The notes under the pieces: model-generated | What the model saw: only the letters and a program-made list of their open reading frames with translations | What the model was told of the DNA's origin: nothing | Databases searched by the model: none | Shown: piece after piece, positions 1-12,436 of the stretch | Layout of the letters: every line of letters begins with the position of its first letter | Position numbering within the stretch: position 1 is the first letter of the stretch | Translations under genes and position numbers: made by a program | Assembly (NCBI GenBank): GCA_002269645.1 | Contig: NIVC01002812.1 | Span: 66,064-130,063, forward strand | Source: Macrostomum lignano | Taxonomy: Eukaryota | Direction: 5' to 3' | Length of the DNA stretch: 64,000 nt

Positions 1-841
1 GTCTAATTTATATTAATTAGTAGGAGAAAAAGCCATAGTCTGCATAGGTATCACAGCCTGCACTAGCAAAGCAAAAAAGCTACCATGATTTATGTTTACC
101 ATTTTCTGTGCTGTGCACCTAAACCCAAACCCAAAGCAGTTTTTTTATTTAATATTTTGAACCAAAAAGTGTATTTCAAAAGAAAATAAATTATATTTAA
201 AATTAGGCCTAATAATTAAAAAATTGAATAGCTAGGCCTATATTAAAATTAACAATTAGGGCCTAGGCCTATCATTGAAATAACAGGCAACAATAACAAA
301 TTTATCATTGGTGCTATACTGCTAAGTAGGCCAGTCTTATTGAACTAGACACTTTCTATGCAATCATAATGCTAGATTATGTCAATTATGCTAGAATTTT
401 CTATGAAAAAGGTCTGAAAAAGGCCATTTTCATGACTTTATATGAAAAAAATAGGCCTAGTAAATAGTAAAGTAGACCTGATGTAAGTAATTTTATATTA
501 AATTTGTTTAAAATATTCTCTTATAAGTAACTTAAATTTTTTAAAAACAAATGGTTAGTAGTTTATGATGCCTTTGTGTTGTGAATAAGGCCAAGGGCAG
601 ATTTAAGCTATAGGGCAGCTATTTTTTTCCAAAAAAGCTTGATGGAACATGTTTTATCCTTACCAAAAAACAAAGTTTGCATCTTTTAAACTTGATTTTT
701 CAACCTTTATATGCATCTTTTGTACTTCTAAGCCCTATTGCAGCGCATGGCTTAAGTACGCCAGACGCCTATACAACCTGCGCCACACTGTGAAATGACT
801 TACCTGTGAAAGAAACCCTAAAGCAAAATTAACACAGTTTT

Positions 842-868
842 GGGTAAACGGCAGGAGTAACTATGACT
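842..868 (+). pseudogene. Short fragment resembling 28S (LSU) rRNA, not an rRNA gene
   Basis: GGGTAAACGGCAGGAGTAACTATGACT matches the conserved 28S sequence GGGTAAACGGCGGGAGTAACTATGACT at 26/27 nt (recalled consensus); weaker similarity upstream at 806-824 (GTGAAAGAAA...AAGC vs GTGAAGAAATTCAA..AAGC). Confidence 0.6.
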
Positions 869-1836
869 GCTACTATGTGACTCTGTCATAGCACTTTAAC
901 CTTGTCCTTTGTATATCCCCCTCCATAGGAAATTCCTAGCTATGCCCTGATGCTATCCCTAAGTTAAAATTAAAAGAAATATGTCACATTTTTGGTCAAA
1001 AAGTAAATGGCATAGCCAGTATAAATCATATCCTCAACTTTCATAAAATGTTAGGCATAAAAATGTTTTAAAACTTCAAAATACTATTGCAAAGCTATCT
1101 TTTCTATAATAGATAGACTACTAATACTATACTCTAGATCATATAGTATGTGTCCAAAAATTTGGGTGTATATTGGCCTTGCATGCCTAAAGTTAGGCAT
1201 ACGCAGTTGGTATACATGACTCTTAAGAAAATAATGACTATGCATACCTAGCATGCACTTCATAGAATCATGCGGAAGAATTATTGGTAAATAGAAAAAA
1301 GACTGAAATATTCATATTAAAGTGTAAATTTCAAACTTAACAGCTTTTAAGCTTGTTAATAATGTATTAAAACAATGTTTATACATATCATTTTTTGCTA
1401 TAAATACTATAGACAAGAAAGAAAAAATCAACCACATTATTAGCCAAAAACTGTCCTTTATGCAACACAAAAAGGTTATTTGCTGTTGCAATTCAAAAAG
1501 GTCATTGATTGTCGCAACATCAGCCTACATTTAAGAATGCAAGTGTGTATTCCAATTTTTTGGGTGTGCATTTGCACTTTTCAATTTTTGTTTGGGTATG
1601 CATCTAGCATGATCTGGACTATAGTACCAATATTAGTTTATTTCCCTTGGCTTTTTTATCTTACTATTCAAATTAATTCTAAAAATATTGACACTTATTA
1701 AGGATCTAACAAAAATATGCTAAAGGGTCACCCCTAATATATAAAAGCTGCCTCAAAAAATTTATTGATAAATTTAAGAAGATTCAATAGTCACTAAGGG
1801 GAGGTCTATTAGATAGACATTTTCTATGTTATTATA

Positions 1837-2007
1837 CATGCTTGGGCGCAACCTTGGGATTCACTCGGCCGTTTCTATTGGCAACATACACATGTAAGTC
1901 GCTATTGGACGGAATAGTAGTCACGTGACTGCTCTCAGCCAATAGCGACTTACATGTGTGTGTTGCCAATAGAAACGGCCGGGTGATTCCCAAAGTTGCG
2001 CATGTAT
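1837..2007. mobile_element. 171-bp fold-back MITE, copy 1, 9-bp TSD GTTATTATA
   Basis: Long internal inverted repeat centred on TCACGTGA; GTTATTATA at 1828-1836 and 2008-2016; second copy at 13105-13275 differs at 2 of 171 nt. Confidence 0.9.
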
Positions 2008-2696
2008 GTTATTATATGGTGTATGCCAAAAAAGTGCTATACATATATTAAGTATCATTTGCTAAGGGTTATATTGCAGCCATGCCAAATGCCACACACT
2101 GAGTACCATATTGTTCCTAACATACTAAGAACTGTCTTATACATTGCTAGGCCACTTTGAGAAACTATTTAGCAATTTTTTCCAATAGGTTTAACCCTTA
2201 GAACCTTGATTGAATGAATCTATAGCTATACCATTGGCCTAATCAGTATCAGTATTAGTAAAATTGGTATCATACATGTAAAAAGTCAACAAAGCAGAGT
2301 CTCATATAGATGAATTATATATATTTGCATAACAAGGGTCTTGCAGTGGTGCAACCAGGTGGTGGGGACTGTTGCCCCCCTTTCAGGCAGAGACCTGACC
2401 AAGCAAATTTTTGCCAAAAAAACAGAGCTGCCCCCCCTTTGGGTCTTTACTTTGGATGTATCTACTTAATTCAAAATCTTGTGCTTTAATAATAATCATC
2501 TATATACTATATATTTTTTCAGAGCAATACAACCCGATGCTGTCTGTCAACTGATTGATACTTGAAGTGTTTTCCATTTGTAAAGAGTGTGCCTACTCTG
2601 TGGAACGGAATTTAACATTAGTTTTTTCAAGTTCGTCATATTTTATATTGAGCATCTTTTGTAAGTTGTCTTTTTATAGTTTTATCAAGCCAGCAC

Positions 2697-2987
2697 ATGA
2701 AGCAGCAGTTTCGCAGCAAGGAAGGCTGCTGCATCTGTGCCACCAAGAGCAGCACTACTAGGTTCCAACCGTCAGCTGATTTTGAGTCCAACTTCTTGGC
2801 TGTGTTTGGCGCCAAAGCTCGTCAGCGGACTGGCCAGATTTGCAATGCCTGCGTGCTGTGTGTTAAGCGCGGAGGTGGCGCTACTGGTAGCGGAGTCGGT
2901 GGCGCCAGCAGTTCTAAACAGACTACCAAGATGGCGCCATATGCCAAGGTTAGTGCTGAAGGAGCATCACGAACAAATTGGCACCAG
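2697..2987 (+). CDS. SINHCAF: SINHCAF/FAM60A (SIN3-HDAC complex-associated factor) homologue, first coding exon; end is 2987, or 2948 if the GTTAGT donor is used
   Basis: FRSKEGCCICATKSSTTRF...FESNFLAVFG...RTGQICNACVLCVKR aligns to FAM60A YRSIEGCCICRAKSSSSRF...YEKDFQSCFG...RSGDICNACVLLVKR; NWHQ matches NWNH; acceptor-like TTTTTATAG ending at 2679. Confidence 0.9.
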
Positions 2988-3411
2988 TTTAGCATTGTGC
3001 TGGGGAGGGGGGTCTACTGCGGCGCTCTGATGCGCCAACGGCCCAGGCTCGATTCCAAGTGCAGTCACATTAATATGGGGCGAAATTGGAATCTCGGCTT
3101 GGCTCTGCTCGTGTAGTTAACGCCCGGCTCTTGGTTTTTTTTCGTCAAGATCGTTATGCCATGACACAAAAAACCCAGGCCCGGCTTCAGGGTCAACCCC
3201 CCCCCCCCAAGACACGCCTAACGATAAATAAAGTTAGTGGGCCACTGTACACTTCTGTGCACAGATACTAGAATAACTAGTATTTGTGCTCCTGTGTGTG
3301 TGTGTGTCTGCCTGTGTGTTTTAGTGCGTTCGTATCCGCGCGCGTGTGCCTACTCAGGAGGGTCGGTGGAATGTGTACTAGTAATGCCTCTCGCCGGCTT
3401 TGTGACTGCCA

Positions 3412-3745
<334 letters not shown>

Positions 3746-4040
3746 CGCTCGCTCTTTCTCGCTATCTACCATCTATTGCCAGGACCTGCACCGGAGCGGT
3801 TACGAAAATTAGATTTCTCGGTAGTTGCTCGCACTCTTTTGCACTACTTGAGTAGTCTGATTTTCGTTCGGCAGCTGGTTCCAGCAGGTAGTTCCTCTGG
3901 ATAAAAGCGCTTACCGCGCCCATTGGCTTTCCAGCTGCCTTAATCGTTTCCGGTGATCTTGTGTGCGTGCATTCAGCTTGATTGGCTGCGGCAAGCAAGC
4001 TCGAAAGAGCTCGCTTCGCTCGCTCTTTCTCGCTATCTAC

Positions 4041-4052
4041 TATCTATCTATC

Positions 4053-4083
<31 letters not shown>

Positions 4084-4093
4084 TTATCCATCC

Positions 4094-4152
<59 letters not shown>
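4041..4152. repeat. (TCTA)n microsatellite abutting a splice acceptor
   Basis: Directly visible; same TTTA/TCCA interruptions as 3650-3743. Confidence 0.95.
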
Positions 4153-4154
<2 letters not shown>

Positions 4155-4165
4155 GTCGCAAACAG

Positions 4166-4568
4166 GTTGTGGACTCCCGCAAAGGCACCGGGCCGAAGCA
4201 CATGAAGCAGATTTGCAAGCGGAATCGTCGCCGTGAATTGCGCGAAGCCGCCGCCAAAGCCATCTCGGCAAATAAGCAGCTCGCCATGGGCTGCGACGGA
4301 GTAGACAGCGGCGGCGTCAACGCAGGATCGTCATCGTCATCTGCCTCCTGCGGTGGCGCTGCGGGGAGCGGACTTGCTGGAATCGGCTCCAAGGCTTCCG
4401 CTATCACCGGAAGTGACTGCTTCCCAAGCGGAAGCGGCTTGTCCGGAAATTTTGCCGGCTCAGGCGCCGTCTCCGGCGTCTGCTCCGATGGTGTCGGTGG
4501 CGACAAATCATTGTCGGCTTCCGGGGTGGCTAGCGGTAGCGGCGCTGCCATTACTTCAACGCCTTCGG
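4166..4568 (+). CDS. SINHCAF: SINHCAF/FAM60A homologue, second coding exon (VVDSRKGTGPKHMKQ then Gly/Ser/Ala-rich tract)
   Basis: Acceptor AAACAG ends at 4165; VVDSRKG matches FAM60A VVDARAG; donor G|GTAAGA at 4569, phase 1. Confidence 0.85.
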
Positions 4569-4819
4569 GTAAGAGTTTTAAAATATGAATTCAGATATAT
4601 TAATATAGGCAGTTAAATGAAAGCTTAAAATGAACAGGATGAAATTCTGTTTAATGTGTAATACAGGTGTGAGATTCTAGCTGGCGAAAGTGAAATTCTC
4701 GAGTTAAGATTCTTGGTTGAGATTCTGAGATTGTGACATTGTCAAGTGTAGGGCTTCAATGTGGTAACTCGTGAGGTTTTAGGATAAGATTTGAAGTTAA
4801 ACCCTTTCTGGTCTGAATG

Positions 4820-5235
4820 GTGAGATTCTAGTTGATCAGATTCTAGGTGGTGAGATTTGAGATATTGAGATTTTAGATGATGAAATTTGAGATAGTGAGA
4901 TTCTTGGTGGTGGGCTTTGAGATAGTGAGATTCTAGGTGATGAGATTTGAGATAGGGAGATTCTAGGTGGTGAGCTTTGAGATAGTGAGATTCTAGGTGA
5001 TGAGCTTTGGCTGCTTTGAGATAGTGAGATTCTTGGTGATGAGCTTTGAGATAGGGAGATTCTAGTGATGAGATTTGAGATAGTGAGATTCTAGGTGGTG
5101 AGCTTTGAGATAGTCAGATTCTAGGTTATGAGCTTTGAGATAGTGAGATTCTAGTGATGAGCTTTGAGATAGTGAGATTCTAGGTTATGAGCTTTGAGAT
5201 AGTGAGATTCTAGGTGGTGAGGTTTGAGCTAGTGA
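4820..5235. repeat. 30-bp minisatellite (GAGATAGTGAGATTCTAGGTGATGAGCTTT)
   Basis: About 13 tandem units with degenerate edges. Confidence 0.93.
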
Positions 5236-5604
5236 GTCTTGGATTCTTGAGTACACTCTATATGATATTTGGCAATTTAAAAGCCTCAACTTTATGGCTT
5301 GATATTAATACGCATTTATGTACGCGTATATACTCACTACATTGTCTATAATCTTAGCGCTAGATCTGGAGCGGGTCCAACAACTGTGTTTGCATTGTGG
5401 CCAGCTCAGTGTATAATATTATAGTGTAGTATATATATTTATTGATTTTTTTACTTGACCGCGTGCAGTCGTAGGAAAGATTTTCTACTGTGCTCCCATA
5501 TTATATAGATTTCCTCCAGTCCACAAAAAGGAGTCCAAATATTCGTTTCCTCTGCCTGTGGTTGGCTTTTTTGCCCGTCCCCAAACTATCAAATTTGTCT
5601 GTTC

Positions 5605-5790
5605 AGGTTAGGGATTAGGAATTTGGGTTTTTCAATGTTTAGGTTGGTGTTTAGAAGTTAGTGTTTAGGTTAGGGTTGAGGAATTATGGTTTAGGAATCA
5701 GGGTTTAGGTTAGAGTTTAGGTTAAGGTTTAGATATTAAGGTTTAGGTTGGGGTTTAGGTTATGGTTTAGAAATTAAGGTTTAGGTTAGT
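5605..5790. repeat. Degenerate TTAGGG/TTTAGG-like repeat tract
   Basis: Repeated GTTTAGG, TTAGGG, TTAAGG variants. Confidence 0.7.
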
Positions 5791-6289
5791 TAATGTTGTG
5801 TTCAGCGGTCAATTTTTTGCTGTAATTGTGCAACAGTCAATTGTTGGCTTTGCCTAGAGTCCAGTATTAAAAATCAGACTTCCTATTTGGCATCGAAAAG
5901 TTAAAATTCAAAAATACATAAACTCCTAGTCATAATTTTTTTCTGCTAAAAATGGACGCTTGTTAAAATCGGTTAAGTCAAACCTTTTCAATGATCTCAA
6001 GCTCCTGTTATGTAGTATTTCAATTTCAATGAGATCTTTTGTTTTTGTCAACACACAGATTTTTGTCTTAATTCCTACCAGATTTCTAGCATTTAATCGT
6101 CTCAAATACGCCCACATAATCTTTCATTATCAACTGCTCAACTCCTCAACTGCTTCTTCTGTTCACCTCTCAAATCTTTCATCATCCCTTAGTCCTCAAT
6201 AATCCTGTAATTCACACTTCAAGTAGTATTTCATCCTCTCCTAAATCCCCAATTAATCCGTTTCTCAAATCTTCCTCAAATCTAAAAAA

Positions 6290-7075
6290 CTGACCCTAAA
6301 CTCCTCCCCAATCCGCCCCTAAAATCCTCCCCAATCCGCTTCTCTAATCCTCCTAAATCCGCCCCTCTAATCCTCTCCAGTCCACCCATCTAATTCCCTC
6401 CCATCCGCCCCTAAAATCCTTCCTAATCCGCCCCTCTAATCCTCCCGAATCCGCCCCTCAAATCCTCTCCAATCCGCCCCTCAAATCCTCTCCAATCCGC
6501 CCCTCAAATCCTCTCCAATCCGCCCCTCAAATCCTCTCCAATCCGCCCCTCAAATCCTCTCCATTCCGCCCCTAAAATCCTCGGATAAGTTGGTCCGTAA
6601 TTTTCTATATTATTCGTCAATCCACAGGTAAAACCTGATCGTCAATTTTAGTTTCTGAAAACCACTTTTAAATCCGTCCCTCTAATCCTCCAATCCGCCC
6701 CTCAAATCCTCTCCAATCCGCCCCTCAAATCCTCTCCAATCCGCCCCTCAAATCCTCTCCAATCCGCCCCTCAAATCCTCTGCAATCCGCCCCTCAAATC
6801 CTCTGCAATCCGCCCCTCAAATCCTCTCCAATCCGCCCCTCAAATCCTCTCCAATCCGCCCCTCAAATCCTCTCCAATCCGCCCCTCAAATCCTCTCCAA
6901 TCCGCCCCTCAAATCCTCTCCAATCCGCCCCTAAAATCCTCGGATAAGTTGGTCCGTAATTTTCTATATTATTCGTCAATCCACAGGTAAAACCTGATCA
7001 TCAATTTTTGTTTCTGAAAACCACTTTTTAATCCGCCCCTCTAATCCTCCCCAATCCGCCCCTAAAATCCTCTCC
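6290..7075. repeat. 23-bp minisatellite (AATCCGCCCCTCAAATCCTCTCC) interrupted twice by the same ~90-bp spacer
   Basis: Tandem units; spacer CGGATAAGTTGGTCCG...GAAAACCACTTT near 6582 and 6941. Confidence 0.95.
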
Positions 7076-7088
7076 TCCCCGCCGCCAG

Positions 7089-7441
7089 CAGCGAGCGCCG
7101 CCGAGTTCCGCACGCCGATGCCGCCAGCAAGCGAGCGGCGCCACTATTATAAAAAGCGCGTCATTATGCAGCCAATAAAAACGCCGGACACACGACAAGA
7201 GATTAGCGACTTATTCGACATCGTGATTCGGTCTCGCAAGCTGAACCCGTCAGAAGGCCCGCTGTCGGTTCAGCAGGTGCACTCGGCATTTCTCAATACA
7301 AAGCGACGCAGAATGCTGGCCGCCAGCAGCGGCTCCGAGACCGCATCGGTTGGCAGCACGGAGCCGCCGGAGTCCTTTACTAGCGACAGCTGCAGCTCGG
7401 ACACGCCCAGGAGTGCCGGCTCGTCCGGTCAGCGACTATAG
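7089..7441 (+). CDS. Probable terminal exon of the SINHCAF/FAM60A homologue
   Basis: GC-rich open frame ending in TAG; acceptor CCAG (7088) or CAGCAG (7091) is phase 1, matching the 4568 donor; only weak similarity (RTP...YYKKR vs RTP...YWKRQ) to the FAM60A C-terminus. Confidence 0.55.
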
Positions 7442-7554
7442 CAGCTTGATGATCCGCGATTTGCTGTGTACTTTTATTATTTTATTATCAACAGTAGTAG
7501 TAGTAAACGCTTGTGACGATACTTATTTGTTTGAACTATCAAACTAAGACTCTG

Positions 7555-8200
7555 TATCCTCCACTATCCGCCCCTCAATTCCTCCACTATCCGCCCCTCA
7601 ATTCCTCCATTATCCGCCTCTCAATTCCTCCATTATCCGCCCCTCAATTCCTCCATTATCCGCCTCTCAAATCCTCCATTATCCGCCTCTTAAATCCTCC
7701 ATTATCCGCCCTCAATTCCTCCATTATCCGCCCCTCAATTCCTCCATTATCCGCCACTCAATTCCTCCATTATCCGCCCCTCAATTCCTCCACTATCCGC
7801 ATCTCAATACCTCCATTATCCGCCCTCAATTCCTCCACTATCCGCCCCTCAATTCCTCCATTATCCGCCTCTCAATTCCTCCATTATCCGCCTCTCAAAT
7901 CCTCCATTATCCGCCACTCAATTCCTCCATTATCCGCCCTCTCAAATCCTCCATTATCCGCCTCTCAAATCCTCCATTATCCGCCCTCAAATCCTCCATT
8001 ATCCGCCCTCTCAAATCCTCCATTATCCGCCTCTCAAATCCTCCATTATCCGCCCTCTCAAATCCTCCATTATCCGCCTCTCAAATCCTCCATTATCCGC
8101 CTCTCAAATCCTCCATTAGCCACCCCTCAATCCCGCCTCTCAAACCCTCAATTACCCGCCCCTCAAATCCCACCTGGTAAATCATCAATTATCCTTAAAT
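7555..8200. repeat. 22-24-bp minisatellite (TATCCGCCCCTCAATTCCTCCAT), related to the 6290-7075 unit
   Basis: Tandem units sharing the core ATCCGCCCCTCAAWTCCTC. Confidence 0.95.
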
Positions 8201-10527
8201 AATTTATTCACCTTTAAAATTTTATGGAAAAAATCCTTTAGTTATAACTTACTTAATGTCCTAATCAATTAGGGCCAAATTTACTTAAATAATAAAACTA
8301 AATTCGCTGTTTGTTTGTTTGTTTGTTTAAATAATGCTTGCGTGCTTTTCGACTAATCACGTTTCATTTTTAATAGAGAAAAAGAACGCGTAACACAATT
8401 TCATAACAAATATTTTAATGCGACACAATTTACCTTGCAGAAATACAAATTGTTCATTTATTCAAGCTCACAGATTCCAGCTGATTTTCTAATTTGAATC
8501 TTCTAACGACTGTTGTAAAAAAACTCGTTGCTAAATACTTGTGCGAGTAGCGCTGATCGTGTATTGCAGTCTAAGTGTACAGTCCTATCATTGACATGTC
8601 CAGTATGCTAAAATTTCGTTTTCTGTAATATTCTCGTTAAATTTATTATATTTTCTTAAATTGACAACCTTATTCAGTTTCTAAATATTTTTAACCATTA
8701 GGGATATTTTTTGCAGTAAAATATTAGGATCCTCTATGCAAAAGTAAGGAAGTTTTTATTTCATGTCTTTTGAAGAAAAAATCTGAATATTTCCTGTTCT
8801 GGGTGTTAATAAAATCTTCTAGTAATGAAATGAACTGACTGTCTAACTTGATATGATTTAATATTGCAACTTTTCATTGTCATTTTATTCCTGCTAATTA
8901 TATAGGCTCATATCATTTTTGGTTTGTTTATTTTTTCATTACCATTATATACCTTCTTCCTGAGCAGCTATGTCCGCCATGTTTGTGTAAATAATAATCG
9001 TACTTTACTACTAATTAAAAGTAATATCGTAGTCTGTGTATTATTTGTTAAATTATTATGTTTTGTTTTTTCATTGTTTGTTTACATCGTGTCTATAATT
9101 ATATTTGTATCTGTAATTGAGTTTCCTTTTCTGTTGCCCCGTAGCGGCCACGTTTTTGTTATACTCGTCAGTAGGCTATGAGTTATGAGTAATACGCTTA
9201 TGTTTGTGCTGCATACTCCTATAAATGCGTATATCTGAGTTTGATGATAAGTTGTAAACACTGCAAAGTACATCTTCTTTGCGGTGTCAGAGAAAAGAGA
9301 AGAGAGCTGTGAAGAGACACAAACCTTTAGCGGGCCGTCATGGCACTGAATTTGCAGTTCTCTCCCAGAAGTAGAGAATCAACGTCTTCGGTGCAATACC
9401 GATATGTGCATGTGCGTTACGAGCCTTGTTGTGCTACAATGCAGCATTAGCGCAATTGTTGTTGTACCCAATTGGTTTTAATATTGTGTTGTGTTTTTTT
9501 ACCTGGCAGGTTTTAAGAGCGTATGTTGTTAATTTAGAAAATGTACATGGTTTACGTATGTCACACATGGCAGCAAAGAGTCAATTTTATTTATCGTTTT
9601 CCCCCCTGCTATTCGTATTTGTTTGTACCGTTGGCACCGGCAGGTTGTTGAGTTTTCATTAGACACTTGAGACCGAGGATCTTCATGATTGTGAGAAATG
9701 ATATATTTTATTCCGTTTTTATAATAAAAACTACGCTACAGGCAAGATGGTGTGCGCACTTCGTTTTTATTAAACTAAAACTGGTAAAAAGTAAAAAACA
9801 TTTTCTAGGCCTTCTACTAGAGTTCTCTTCCTGTACTGACTGACATCTTGCTTGTTTCTTTCGCCTCTGGGGCAAGCTGTATTGACATTTGTCATAAAAT
9901 TAAAACAGTTTGTGCTTAATCATCTTTCAAAGCAACGCGATCATCCGTTAAGATTATTATCACCAATGGCAAAGACTTTTTGCTGTTTCTCTTTTTGTAC
10001 CAGTTATTTGAAATCCTTAATTAAAGTTTTCACCCTGATGCAATCCTTTCGAGGTAACTTTTTAACTCCGAACTTAAATCAATAGAGTAGCAATCCAACA
10101 GACCATAAGGCTTTCCAATAGGCAAAATTATATGCTTTAAGATAAATCAAGTTATTAGTAGTAAGCATGTAAAATTGTTTTTACAGACATATCATAAAGT
10201 CTAATCCTTACACGTACTCGTAGTTTGTTTAAACAACGGAAGAAAAACAGCTGGTTTATTTCGTCATACGAGCTGCATGTATACTCGTACTCTTGACTGT
10301 CAAATCGCAAAACTGCGCTAAAGTAAAAAATGAAAAATATCACCCGGGTCGCAAAACAAACACTGGTTTAAAAAGACTCAGCTACCTATATGTTTACACT
10401 GGTACATGTATGGATCGACACACTGGGCGTGCAGAAATTTCTGCAAATGTCAAAATGTAAATGGCCTTCGTCTTATAAATTTCTTGTTTTCGTCTGTCTT
10501 TTTTGTTTAGGTAGAGGCACGTAATAG

Positions 10528-10718
10528 GGTAAATGAATGAAGGATCGGAACTTAAAGATTTACACCTACACCTAACTGGGATTAAGGGATAGTAAAATGT
10601 TACGATTTTTTTTCAAAATACTGGTAAATGAATGAAGGATCGGAACTTAAAGATTTACACCTACACCTAACTGGGATTAAGGGATAGTAAAATGTTACGA
10701 TTTTTTTTCAAAATACTG
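10528..10718. repeat. Perfect two-copy tandem duplication of ~95 bp
   Basis: GGTAAATGAATGAAGGATCGG...TCAAAATACTG starts at 10528 and again at 10623. Confidence 0.95.
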
Positions 10719-12157
10719 CTTAGTTATATTATCACTATTTTTTCTATGCATTCAGTTGCCATTATAATAACTATTTTGTATTTAAATTTCAAAGGACATA
10801 CGTTTGAATAAAAATAAATGGCAAAACTTTTACATAATTACCAATATTTGTTAAAATAGAGTAAAACTTTAAAACTACATTTTACAAGAAACTAATGCAA
10901 CACGTGCAGCAGAAACAGTCGCATGCCTGCCTTCTTGAGGCGTTGAAGTAGCTTGTCAATTATGATATTCTTCTTGTTTCTGTGCAAGTATTGTTTGGTG
11001 TTCTGGCTAAGAAACTGTTAGATAGTTTGCCGATATGTATTGTAGCTTTAGCTGTCTTTAATAATGATGAATGTTTAGAAACATGGTATTTTGCTGTTTG
11101 TGCGTTATTTTGCTATTTCGAGTGCTTCCAGCTTTAGTATTATTATAGAATAAGCCAACCTATGCATTTTCAGCGCCGCTTGATTTTTCTACTAATTGTG
11201 ACTACTATGTAGAATAGGTAAATTACTGGATACAGGATAGGTGCCTTTAACAATCTTCTACTTTACTGTATTAATTTTTTCACGTGAAATAGTAAAATAT
11301 TAAGTCATTAGTCAAAAGTCATTGAGTATCAGTAATAGTACCTAACCCAATACAGAAAATTCTTAAACACTTTTGTGGCAGGAAGAGGCGACGCCACAGG
11401 TACTCATTGAGGTGGGTATCAAACAGGGCATCACTAGAGCCATGCATTTAGGCCCCCAGCCATTTGACAGTCACCAGATAAGCATAAAAGTTTGTGAAAA
11501 CGTGAAAATACTAGAATACTAGAATATTAGAGTGCTAGAATTTTCTATGGCAAAGGCTATCTTCCCAATTATATTTATAGAATATTATCATATCAGTACC
11601 TCTGATTGACATCAATAAAATTTTAATTATAAATATGATCTGAAAGTTATGTGTAGTAAGCAGGGAAGGCAGTAAGAATATATGGCTAAAAATCATATTT
11701 TTAAGTTTAAATTAAATACTGATCTAAAATATATTAATAAAGCACTATATATTACCTTTAATAGTTAGATCTTTTTGCTTTTAAATTTATAAATTTGTTT
11801 ATTTGGTTTTGTTTCTTGAGAAAGATAACTAGACAAAGATATACTTTATATAAAAAACATGCAGTCTTATTAATTTTCATTTTCCACTTTAAAATAGGCT
11901 TCCAAGGATTATTGCACTTGATAAACCAAGGATTACTGCACCCATTGTTAACTCTGTTGATTTTAAGCCTTATATTTTAAAAAGGTATATATTTTGTATT
12001 CTTTTTAAACTATGAGATATAGTATCATGACAATAATTTTATAGTTTAGTGCTGATGGGGGGGCAGTGTCCTCCAAAGAGGTATTTGGCACTGACCCTCC
12101 TAGCTACATCATGGCCTGTTTAGAAATAATTGGTCGTTCCAGTCAGTCTGGTCTCAC

Positions 12158-12436
12158 GCTATTGGCTGGCTTCTCTCAGCCAATAGGAAGCCAGCTGGCA
12201 ATTGAAGGGAGAAACTCTTCATATTCGCGCGCGCTGTCTCGCGAATTTTTTTAACCGCGCATTCGACTTCTGCTAATTGCAGTTTGGTGTCAGCAACCAG
12301 TGCTTAATAGATTTGCCTGTTGCAATTATCACATTGTTGCTCGCTCTGTGCTGTCTCTCTCTCTCACACATAACTGGTTTAAATTCGAGCTTTTATACCG
12401 CCGAGTTTTAGCGCCTTAAAATTCTGCGCTCCTTGG
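12158..12436 (+). promoter_or_regulatory. Candidate promoter plus non-coding first exon, possibly of the downstream Ig/FN3 gene
   Basis: Inverted CCAAT pair (ATTGG 12161, CCAAT 12180), CpG-rich stretch, strong donor G|GTGAGT at 12437; link to the gene is inferred. Confidence 0.35.

Noticed and set aside
6290-7075. CRISPR-like repeat/spacer layout
   Set aside because: Repeats are contiguous tandem units, the spacer is identical twice, there are no cas genes and the context is eukaryotic.
11380-11520. Reverse-transcriptase GIKQG motif
   Set aside because: No LSP.LF or YADD at the right spacing; short and probably chance.
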